Shown here in pieces: positions 42,155 through 49,893 of a stretch of 64,000 nucleotides of DNA. Made by a program: the position numbers and the translations under genes. The notes beneath the pieces were generated by a model. It was given only the letters and a program-made list of their open reading frames with translations. It did no database searches and was not told the origin of the DNA. This DNA comes from an uncultured Candidatus Rokubacteria bacterium. Its GTDB lineage: Bacteria > Methylomirabilota > Methylomirabilia > Rokubacteriales > CSP1-6. Position 1 is the first letter of the stretch, and each line of letters starts with the position of its first letter. The stretch spans positions 13,366-77,365 of the forward strand of contig CAWBMV010000035.1 of assembly GCA_963789955.1 (NCBI GenBank), in the 5' to 3' direction.

Positions 42155-43328
42155 CGGCCTGCCGCCGCGCTCGGATGTCGGAGGACGAGGAGTCGAGGCG
42201 GAAGCGGCTCTCCGGGATCGCGACGAACAGGCGGGCAAACCGCTCAGGAACGGCGACGTCGCTCAGCGCGCGCACCCGGCCGGCGCGATCCACGCGCACC
42301 GCCACGAGAAACGAGCACCCGCGGTCGGCGATCTCCTGGAGCGCCGCGGCCATCCGCTCGGCGCTATCGCCGTAGTACCGCGCCGCCACCAGACGCTCGG
42401 CCGTGTCGGCGCCGATGACGAACGCCGCGCCCGGGAACAGCCGTGCCTTCTCGAGGAACGTCGGCGCCCGGGTGAGCTCGACGCGCGCCCGCCACGCGAA
42501 CTGCGCGAGCCGGTTTCGTACCTCGCCGGCCGCGAGCGGCGGCTTGTCGACGTTGAGCACCGCGATCTCGAACGCGACCGGCTGCTGCCGGATGTCCTCG
42601 GCGACGCGCGCGAGCAGGAGATGTCCGGCGTGCAACGGATTGAACGAGCCGGGCAGCACGACACCAGGCGGTGCGGCCGCCGGCACGAGCTGTCCATCGG
42701 GCCACACCGTCACGCGAGAGACTCCGCCGGCGAGGAGCTGGTCGATCAGATCGCCGGTCTGCACGACGGCCTCCGCGTAGCGCTCGTCGGCCTCCAGCAA
42801 GGTGCGCGGCGACGGGACCGGGACTCCGCACGCGCGGGCCAGCCACAACACGATGGCACGCGCCACGAGGTCCTCTTCGCCGGGACGATCGCGCCGCCCC
42901 TTCGCCAGCACGATCGAGCAGTGGTCGGTCCCGGCTCCGGTGGTGACGGCGATGTGGAAGCGGTGCTCGCCCTGCCTGGGCCGATCGGTGACGAGCCCCG
43001 CCGTGGCGCCGAGGCCGACCAGCTGAGCGCCGGTCGGCGCGAATTTCGCCGCGCGCTCGCGCGCACGCTGCGCCATGGCCACCGCCGTCTCGACGCTGCA
43101 CGCCTGCTCCGGCTCGAAGCCCAGGAACGCTGTCAGCGCCCGCGAATCGTAGGGCACCAGCGCCTCGAGCAGCAGCCGCGACCCGCCCGGCACCCGCAGT
43201 AGCTCCGAGATCGCGCCGCTCCCGCCCCCGGTGATGGCGAGCACCGCCTGGCGGCCGGACGCATGCATCTCGGCGATCGTTTGTCGCCACGACGCGTCGG
43301 ATTGGCGTTCGACTCCGCTGGAATCCAC
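42147..43328 (-). CDS. CinA/PncC-like domain fused to NadD/NMNAT-like nucleotidyltransferase
   Basis: ITGGG..VPGGSR..PY..ETAVAMA N-domain; PGSFNPLHAGH, GADT, SSSDIR C-domain. Confidence 0.72.
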   Translation of the reverse strand: MDSSGVERQSDASWRQTIAEMHASGRQAVLAITGGGSGAISELLRVPGGSRLLLEALVPYDSRALTAFLGFEPEQACSVETAVAMAQRARERAAKFAPTGAQLVGLGATAGLVTDRPRQGEHRFHIAVTTGAGTDHCSIVLAKGRRDRPGEEDLVARAIVLWLARACGVPVPSPRTLLEADERYAEAVVQTGDLIDQLLAGGVSRVTVWPDGQLVPAAAPPGVVLPGSFNPLHAGHLLLARVAEDIRQQPVAFEIAVLNVDKPPLAAGEVRNRLAQFAWRARVELTRAPTFLEKARLFPGAAFVIGADTAERLVAARYYGDSAERMAAALQEIADRGCSFLVAVRVDRAGRVRALSDVAVPERFARLFVAIPESRFRLDSSSSDIRARRQAAT

Positions 43329-43341
43329 GGCGGAGGAGATT

Positions 43342-44178
43342 CTACATGACGGCTCCGCCGTCGACGTTCCACGCCTGGCCCGTGATGTGGTCGCTCTGCG
43401 CCGAGGCGAGGAAGAGCGCGAGTCGCGCGACGTCGTCGGGTCGCGCGACCCGCCCGGTCGGCGGCAGGCCGAGGACCGCGGCGCCGGGCTCGCGCTCGGC
43501 GAGCGCGCGCTCGCGGCGCGAGGTCGATTCGCGGCGGCTCGTGTCGACGCTGCCCGGGCAGATCGCGTTCACGGTGATCCCGTGCGGGGCGAGCTCCTGA
43601 GCCATGGCCTGCGTGAGGCCGATCACCCCGAACTTCGACGCGGTGTAGGCGCCGCGGCGGGGCGTGCCACGCTTGCCCGAGATCGACGCCATATTGACGA
43701 TGCGGCCGCTGCGGCGCGACAGCATGTGCGGAATCACCGCGCGGCTCATCAAGAACGTGCCCTTGAGATTGACGTCGATGACGAGATCCCACGCCTCTTC
43801 CGGGACCTCCCAGAGCAGACGACGGTCGGCTCCGTGGGGCGCGGCCGCGTTGTTGACGAGCACGTCGATGCGGCCGAACCGCGCAAGCGCTTCCTTCACG
43901 AAACGCTCGGCGTCGGCGGCGCGACTCACGTCGCCCTCGAGCGTGAGGATCCGGCGTCCGAGGCCTTCGATCTCCTTGGCCAGGCTTTCCAGTCCCGTCC
44001 AGCCCAGGCGGATCTCCTCGAGCCCTTCCTCGTTCTCGTTGCGCGTGCCGCCGATCGCGATATCGGTCGCGACGACATCGGCGCCGGCCCGAGCGAACGC
44101 GACCGAGAGGGCGCGGCCGATTCCGCGGACGCGCCCGCATCCGGTGACCAGCACGCACGTTCCTTCGAATTCGCTCAC
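43342..44178 (-). CDS. Short-chain dehydrogenase/reductase
   Basis: TG...GIG, NNAA, YTASK, NAICPG, ITGQ..NVDGG. Confidence 0.92.
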   Translation of the reverse strand: MSEFEGTCVLVTGCGRVRGIGRALSVAFARAGADVVATDIAIGGTRNENEEGLEEIRLGWTGLESLAKEIEGLGRRILTLEGDVSRAADAERFVKEALARFGRIDVLVNNAAAPHGADRRLLWEVPEEAWDLVIDVNLKGTFLMSRAVIPHMLSRRSGRIVNMASISGKRGTPRRGAYTASKFGVIGLTQAMAQELAPHGITVNAICPGSVDTSRRESTSRRERALAEREPGAAVLGLPPTGRVARPDDVARLALFLASAQSDHITGQAWNVDGGAVM

Positions 44179-44363
44179 GGCCCGTACCTCCCTATCCTCT
44201 GGACCCCGAACGCCGAGATGGCTCGGGGCCGGGCCCGACCATACGGCAGGACCCGGCCCTCGTCCAGCCGGCCCCCAGGTCTCGCCGTTTTCTTTGGCCC
44301 TGCCCACCACACGTGGTAGTCATGGGGTTGGACACGGCTCAATTTGCCGCAAAGGGGGATTGG

Positions 44364-44537
44364 ATGACGAAGCGCACGGCCAGTAAGAAACCCGCATTCG
44401 GAGGCTACGCGATCAGCTTTCGGGGTCGCACGGACAGCCTGGAGTCGCTGTTCGGCGCCACGCCGATCGGACCCGCCGAGATGACCAAGAAGCTCTGGAG
44501 CTACGTGAAGCGGAAGGGTCTGGCCAGCAAGAGCTGA
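44364..44537 (+). CDS. Small basic SWIB/MDM2-like protein (57 aa)
   Basis: LFGATPIGPAEMTKKLWSYVKRKGL resembles the SWIB core; GGGGA RBS. Confidence 0.55.
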   Translation: MTKRTASKKPAFGGYAISFRGRTDSLESLFGATPIGPAEMTKKLWSYVKRKGLASKS

Positions 44538-44588
44538 GCTGACGCCGAGCCGGGCGGCCCCCCACGCCGCCCGGCCCAACCTCGCGGC

Positions 44589-45278
44589 GTGACGATCGCA
44601 TCACGTCGCCGCCTCCCTGATCGCTCGACTCGAAGCGCGCCGGCGAGCAGCCCCGCGCTCAGGACGTACCTTGCGAAGGCCCGAGGGGGCACCAGCAAGG
44701 ATTACCGGAAGAAAACAACCGTCTTCTCGCAGGGTAGTCCCGCGGATTCAGTTTTCTACATTGAGAAGGGCAAGGTGAAGCTGACCGTAATCTCCACGCG
44801 CGGGAAGGAAGCGGTCGTCGCGATCTTGAGCAGCGGCGATTTCTTTGGTGAAGGTTGCCTGGCGGGACAGCCGCTTCGCATGGCCACGGCGATCGCGATC
44901 ACTGAGTGTTCACTCCTTCGACTTCAAAAAGAAACTATGGTCCGAATGCTCCACAATGAGCCCGCATTGTCCGAGCTCTTCATGTCGTACCTGCTGTCTC
45001 GGAATGTGCGGATCGAAGAGGACCTGGTCGATCAGCTTTTCAATTCCAGCGAGAAACGGCTCGCGCGCATTCTGTTGCTGCTGACCCGCTTCGGCAAAGA
45101 CGGGCAACATGAGCCCGTCGTGCCCAAGATCAGTCAGGAAACCCTGGCCGAAATGGTCGGGACGACGCGATCCAGGGTGAGTTTCTTCATGAACAAGTTT
45201 CGGAAGCTCGGCTTCATCGAATATAACGGCGGCTTGAACGTCCATAGCTCCCTCCTCAATATCGTCCTCCACGACTAG
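44589..45278 (+). CDS. Crp/Fnr family transcriptional regulator
   Basis: GDFFGE..RMATA cNMP-binding cassette, EKRLAR, SQETLAEMVGTTRSRVS HTH. Confidence 0.92.
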   Translation: MTIASRRRLPDRSTRSAPASSPALRTYLAKARGGTSKDYRKKTTVFSQGSPADSVFYIEKGKVKLTVISTRGKEAVVAILSSGDFFGEGCLAGQPLRMATAIAITECSLLRLQKETMVRMLHNEPALSELFMSYLLSRNVRIEEDLVDQLFNSSEKRLARILLLLTRFGKDGQHEPVVPKISQETLAEMVGTTRSRVSFFMNKFRKLGFIEYNGGLNVHSSLLNIVLHD

Positions 45279-45367
45279 AGGGCATTCGTACCGTTAGTCT
45301 GTCGTCGCTGTCGACCAAAAACCCGATCCTCCCGCCTCGTTCTGTGCTTCGCCACGGTGGCCCCCGC

Positions 45368-45429
45368 TTGACACCGTAAGTAACCAGCTAGATACTCACG
45401 GCCACGGTTTGGTATCCAGATGGTTACTT
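45368..45429 (+). promoter_or_regulatory. sigma70 promoter with two inverted TetR-type operators
   Basis: TTGACA-N17-GATACT; AAGTAACCAGCTAGATAC (45378-45395) and GTATCCAGATGGTTACTT (45412-45429) are 16/18 inverted copies. Confidence 0.7.
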
Positions 45430-46052
45430 CGAGCCGCGACCCGGTCCGTACTCGCGAGCGCATCCTTCGCGCCGCCCGGCGCGAATTCGTCGCCAAGGGG
45501 TTCGCCGGCGCGCGCGTCGACGTGATCGCGCGCGCCGCGGCCGTGAACAAGCGGATGCTGTACCACTATTTCGACAACAAGGAAGGCCTCTATCGCGCCA
45601 CGCTCTACGAGGGCATGGCGACGAACCTCGATCTGGTCGCCTCCGCGCCGGCCGATCCCGACGACCTCTTGCCGTTCCTGTTCGCGCGCGCCGCGAAGCG
45701 CGTGGACGGGATCCGCCTCCTTCAGTGGGAAGCACTGGGCGCCGGCGCCCGCAAGCCCATTGCCGAGGACGAGCGGCGCAAGGCGTGGGTCGAGGGCACC
45801 GAGCGCATCCGTGACGCGCAGCGCGCCGGCCGGCTGCACCCGGACCTCGACGCCGAGTACCTCGTTCTGGCGCTCATGGCGCTGACGATCTTTCCCCAGG
45901 CCTTCCCCCAGCTCGTGCGCATGGTCACCGGCTCACGACTGTCCGACGCCGAGTTCCAGCAACGCCAGGCGCGCTTCCTTCGCCGCCTGGGCAGCTATCT
46001 GCGGCCGTCCGTGGGGCGCGCGGCGCTCGCGGACAAGGAGAAGCAGCGATGA
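45420..46052 (+). CDS. TetR/AcrR family transcriptional regulator
   Basis: ILRAARREF..GF.GARVD.IA..A.VNKRMLYHYFDNKEGL. Confidence 0.93.
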   Translation: MVTSSRDPVRTRERILRAARREFVAKGFAGARVDVIARAAAVNKRMLYHYFDNKEGLYRATLYEGMATNLDLVASAPADPDDLLPFLFARAAKRVDGIRLLQWEALGAGARKPIAEDERRKAWVEGTERIRDAQRAGRLHPDLDAEYLVLALMALTIFPQAFPQLVRMVTGSRLSDAEFQQRQARFLRRLGSYLRPSVGRAALADKEKQR

Positions 46053-47227
46053 GCTCCGTACCGACCACACTCTTCGGACGCTCGACCGATACGTACACGC
46101 GCGTCGATTCCGTCGGTCTCTACCGGGTCGCGCTCTGGGTGCTGCTGGGCGCCAATCTCCTCGCCGGCTGGGGCGTGCAGTGGGACATCCAGTGGCACGT
46201 GCGCATCGGCCGCGACACGTTCTGGATTCCGCCGCACGTCATCACCTATTCGGGCGTGACGATCCTCGTGCTGGCCAGCTTCGGCGTGCTGGCGCGTGAC
46301 ACGCTTCGCCATCTGCTCGCGGGCCGCGCCCCCGAGGGCACGGAACGCGTGCTCGGCCTCACCGGCACGCCGGGGTTTCTCCTGGCGGCGTGCGGCATCG
46401 CGCTGACGGTTCTGGCGGCGCCGATCGACGACCTCTGGCACCGCTTGTTCGGCATCGACGTCACGTTGTGGAGCCCGCCGCACCTTCTCGGTCTGGTCGG
46501 CGTCACGATCAACACCTTGGGATGCGCGCTCATCGCCCGCGAAGCGTACCCGGCGAAGAGCTGGGTGCGGTTCGCCGGCGTGGTCATCGCGCTCACCAGC
46601 TTCTACGGCAGCCTCTCGATCGGGCTGCGGCCCGCCAGCCGGCTCGCGTATCTATACGGCGGGCTCTGGTTTTACGCCTTTCCGATCCTCGGCGCGCTCT
46701 TCCTGCCGCTGGCGATGATCACGGCCGTGCGCCTCAGCGGGCGGCGCTGGACGCCGATCGCACTGGTGATCGTCGGACTCGCCGTCGGCACGATCGGCGT
46801 GAACATCGCGCGGATCGGCTTCGACATCATGCGGCCGGTCTCGGTGATCGAGGATGAGATCGCCAAGGACCCGACGTCGCCGATCGCGGTGTCCCACGCG
46901 ATCGCGCGGAAGAACGGCAGTACGCCCGGCGGGGTCCCCGGCGGAAGCTTCGCGCGGTTTCTCTCGCTGGTGCCCGTGCTGCTGCTGGTCGCCGTCGACC
47001 CCCGGCGACGGCCGATGTCGGCGACCTTGGTCTACGCCCTGGGGCTGTTCGCCCTCTGGGCCTTCACGATCGGCCGGACACCGGCCTTTCAGCCGATGAT
47101 GCCCGGACCGGCGCCGACCGTGGTCGCGCTGGTGATCACGACCGCGATGGCCGTGGTCGGAGGACTGGCCGCCCGCTGGCTCGCCGAGACCCTGGCGACT
47201 GCGGACCGGGTTCCGGTGGAGGGTTAG
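46049..47227 (+). CDS. Multi-pass membrane protein with PmoC/AmoC-like metal-binding motifs
   Basis: About 9-10 hydrophobic segments; DIQWHVRIGRDTFWIPPH and DDLWHRLFGIDVTLWSPPH; ATGA-coupled to the TetR gene. Confidence 0.75.
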   Translation: MSSVPTTLFGRSTDTYTRVDSVGLYRVALWVLLGANLLAGWGVQWDIQWHVRIGRDTFWIPPHVITYSGVTILVLASFGVLARDTLRHLLAGRAPEGTERVLGLTGTPGFLLAACGIALTVLAAPIDDLWHRLFGIDVTLWSPPHLLGLVGVTINTLGCALIAREAYPAKSWVRFAGVVIALTSFYGSLSIGLRPASRLAYLYGGLWFYAFPILGALFLPLAMITAVRLSGRRWTPIALVIVGLAVGTIGVNIARIGFDIMRPVSVIEDEIAKDPTSPIAVSHAIARKNGSTPGGVPGGSFARFLSLVPVLLLVAVDPRRRPMSATLVYALGLFALWAFTIGRTPAFQPMMPGPAPTVVALVITTAMAVVGGLAARWLAETLATADRVPVEG

Positions 47228-47706
47228 GCGCGCGCGTCGGGAGGGTGGTTTCGGCGAATCTTCGGGCCGCGCAGACGCACGATGGTCCAGCCGATCGCGC
47301 GGAGGAGCCCTTCGGTCCTCTCGGGCGAGCGTCGATTCCTCGGGCGTCGTGCGCCGGGCCGGCGCACCGGATCCAGGGGGCTATCGCCGCGCCGATCCAG
47401 GACGATCTGGACCGTCGCGTTGCCCTCGAAAGCCCGTCTGAAGAAGTTGTAGAGGTGTTCCCGATCCGGTGAGACGACGATGAGCTGTCGGGATCCTCCC
47501 GGCCGCTCGTCGAGGGTCCTCACCCGCCGAACCAGCTCATAGAGCGCGCTCTTACCCCCGTTGTAGCCGAGGGTCTGGGCCCGGCGCATGATTTCGACCG
47601 CCGAGATCGTAGGCTCCTCCCGCAGCCACTGCGCCACCTGGGCCGCGTACTGGGCCACGATGGAAGGGCGCCGTGCATTGCTCGGCTGGGAGCCGCCATC
47701 ACCCAT
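47224..47706 (-). CDS. Hypothetical protein: IS21 IstA-like HTH segment + Arg-rich 'DRR' domain
   Basis: RPS..QVAQWLREEPTISAVEIMRRAQTLGYNGGKSALYELVRRVR then QLIVVSPDREHLYNFFRRAFEGNATVQIVLDRR..LRAIGWTIVRL. Confidence 0.65.
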   Translation of the reverse strand: MGDGGSQPSNARRPSIVAQYAAQVAQWLREEPTISAVEIMRRAQTLGYNGGKSALYELVRRVRTLDERPGGSRQLIVVSPDREHLYNFFRRAFEGNATVQIVLDRRGDSPLDPVRRPGARRPRNRRSPERTEGLLRAIGWTIVRLRGPKIRRNHPPDARA

Positions 47707-47720
47707 AGAAGACCTCTTGG

Positions 47721-47735
47721 GCAAATTTGATACCG
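47721..47735 (-). promoter_or_regulatory. Putative sigma54-type box
   Basis: Minus strand CGGTATCAAATTTGC (GG-N10-GC, TTGC) 14 nt upstream of ATG 47706. Confidence 0.5.
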
Positions 47736-47927
47736 AAACAACATTACAAGCGGATCAAGAGTTTCGGTGACACGACCGCTAGCTCCGACTGGCTCGCCTT
47801 TGACCGGATAGCTCAGTTTGGAACCAGCACCTGCCTTGACAGCGTCACCGGCGGGGGCGCAGTATCGCGCCAACCAACGGGCACTCGCCACCTTCAGAAG
47901 GCCAACAAATTTCGCGGACTCAGGAGC

Positions 47928-48875
47928 TATGGGTTCTACGCCATCCGGACTTTCGAGAAGTACACGGTCCCGGTGACCGCCGCGATCATGATGCTGATGA
48001 GCATCCTCGCCTGGAGCCGTCCCGGCGTCGTCAACTGGGGACTCACCAGCTCGCTGCCGCCGGCCGCGCACATGGCCATGCTCTCCCTGCTGATGACGGC
48101 GATCGGCGTGGGCTGGGGAATCTCGTGGGTCACGTGGGCCTCGGACTACTCGCGCTTCGTGCCGCGGTCGGTCTCGTCAGCCGCCGTGTTCTGGTACAGC
48201 TACATCGGCATGCTCGTCCCTACGGTGTGGCTCGCCATACTCGGGGCAACCGTCGCCAGCGTGACCAAGGACACCGATCCGGCGAAAATGGTCAGCGCGG
48301 TGTTCGGCGGCGTCACGAGCATCCTGGTGCTGCTGATGGTGCTGCACGGCCCGATTGCGACGAACATTCTGAACGTGTACTCGGCCGCCCTTGCCGCGCT
48401 CAGCATGGGTCTTCGGCTCTCGCGCACGGTCCTGGCGCTCGTCGCCGGCGTCGTCGGCTATCTCGTGACGATCTATTTCGTCTTCCAGCCCTCGTTCGCC
48501 AAGGCCTTCGACAACTGGATGATCAGCCTGCTGCTGTGGATGAGCCCGTGGGCCGGCGTCGTCCTGACCGACTTCTTCATCGTGCGACGCGGCCGCATCG
48601 ACGTCGACGAGCTCTATCGCGAGCCCGAACGGAGCGCCTACGGCGACATCAACTGGGGTGCGATCGTCGCCTTTCTGGTCGGACTGGTCGCCGGCTGGTC
48701 GGTCGAAGACGGTCTCGTGCCCGCACTGCAGGGGCCCATCTCGACGAAGCTGCTGAGCGGCGCCGATCTCAGCTGGCTCGTCGGAATCGTCGTGGCCGGC
48801 GGCGTCTATCTGGCGGTCGGCCGCCGCGTCGCGCCGGCTCCCGTGTCGCAGCCGTTAGGCAGCGCCAGGCGGTAA
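47928..48875 (+). pseudogene. 5'-truncated NCS1 purine-cytosine permease
   Basis: YGFYAIRTFEKY, SWVTWASDYSRF, TNILNVYS, PWAGVVLTDFF; N-terminal TMs missing and replaced by non-coding-like low-GC sequence. Confidence 0.7.
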
Positions 48876-48945
48876 GCAGGGCCGCTCGCCGTTCCTCCCG
48901 GGGCGTCGGGGTTTTCCCTGCGCCCGGTACCGGGTTCCTACCCGA

Positions 48946-49893
48946 TTGCCTCTCCGCGCGGCAATTGGCTTAGTGAATTCGGTGCCCCTTCGAACGACCC
49001 TCAAGCGCCGACTGTATTCGACCGGCGTCTCGAGCGCGCTGGCGCGTCGTGACGGCGCGAGCTTCATTCTCGCCGCGCACATCGTGCTGGAGGAAGAAGC
49101 CGAGCAACTCGCGGCGATCATCCGCCTTCTGCAACAAAGCTTCGCGTTGGTGTCGATCGACGAGTATCTCGACGCCTTGCATGCCGGGAAGTGCCGGAAC
49201 CTGGTCACCCTGACCTTCGACGACGGCCTCCGCAATCAACTCACGGTCGCTCACGAAGTCCTCTCGCGCCTCCGGGTGCCGGCAACCTTCTACGTGTGCC
49301 CAGCGCTGGTCGGCACACCCTTCTCGACGTGGACATGGGAGCTCGAGCCTCGGCTCGCGCGCCTATCGAGCCTCCGCCGGCAAGAGATCTTCGCCCGCGG
49401 GTCGGCCGACTCGTTCGCCGCGTTCCTGCACGGGCTGAAGACGATGCCGCTCCGCCGGCGTGAAGCGCTCTGGGACGAGATCGTGAAGGCCACGCCGGAG
49501 TTCGCGTTCACTCCCGACGAAGAACGGCAGTTCGGCCTGATGGACTGGGCGGAGCTGGCGCGGCTGGACCAATCGCTGATCACCATCGGCTCCCACACGC
49601 ACACGCACGTGGATCTGCCTCAAGTCGACGCCGAGCGACTGGAAGACGAGCTGGCCGCCAGCAAGGCCATGCTCCGAGAGAAGCTCGGGTACGACGCGCG
49701 ACACTTCGCGTATCCGAACGGAAGCCACGACCAGCGGGCGTCACGGGCCGTGGCCCGGCACTTCGACTCCGGGGTGACGATGGAGCACCGCGCCGTCGGA
49801 CGCGCGTCGGCGCCTCACCTGTTGCCACGCGTTCACATCCAGTGGGATCCGTCGGAGCTGGCCTGGACCTTGGCGAGGGTCGCGCGTGACTGA
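48946..49893 (+). CDS. Polysaccharide deacetylase (NodB/CE4) family protein
   Basis: LTFDDG, PATFYV, IGSHTHTH, FAYPNG, LPR; start uncertain. Confidence 0.85.
   Translation: MPLRAAIGLVNSVPLRTTLKRRLYSTGVSSALARRDGASFILAAHIVLEEEAEQLAAIIRLLQQSFALVSIDEYLDALHAGKCRNLVTLTFDDGLRNQLTVAHEVLSRLRVPATFYVCPALVGTPFSTWTWELEPRLARLSSLRRQEIFARGSADSFAAFLHGLKTMPLRRREALWDEIVKATPEFAFTPDEERQFGLMDWAELARLDQSLITIGSHTHTHVDLPQVDAERLEDELAASKAMLREKLGYDARHFAYPNGSHDQRASRAVARHFDSGVTMEHRAVGRASAPHLLPRVHIQWDPSELAWTLARVARD

Noticed and set aside
46049..47227. Calling this gene pmoC/amoC and inferring methane or ammonia oxidation
   Set aside because: Similarity is limited to the metal motifs, the protein is much longer than PmoC, and pmoA/pmoB are absent from the window.
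47500..47900. Intact IS21 element
   Set aside because: Only an HTH-like segment; no DDE domain, istB, terminal inverted repeats or target duplication seen.
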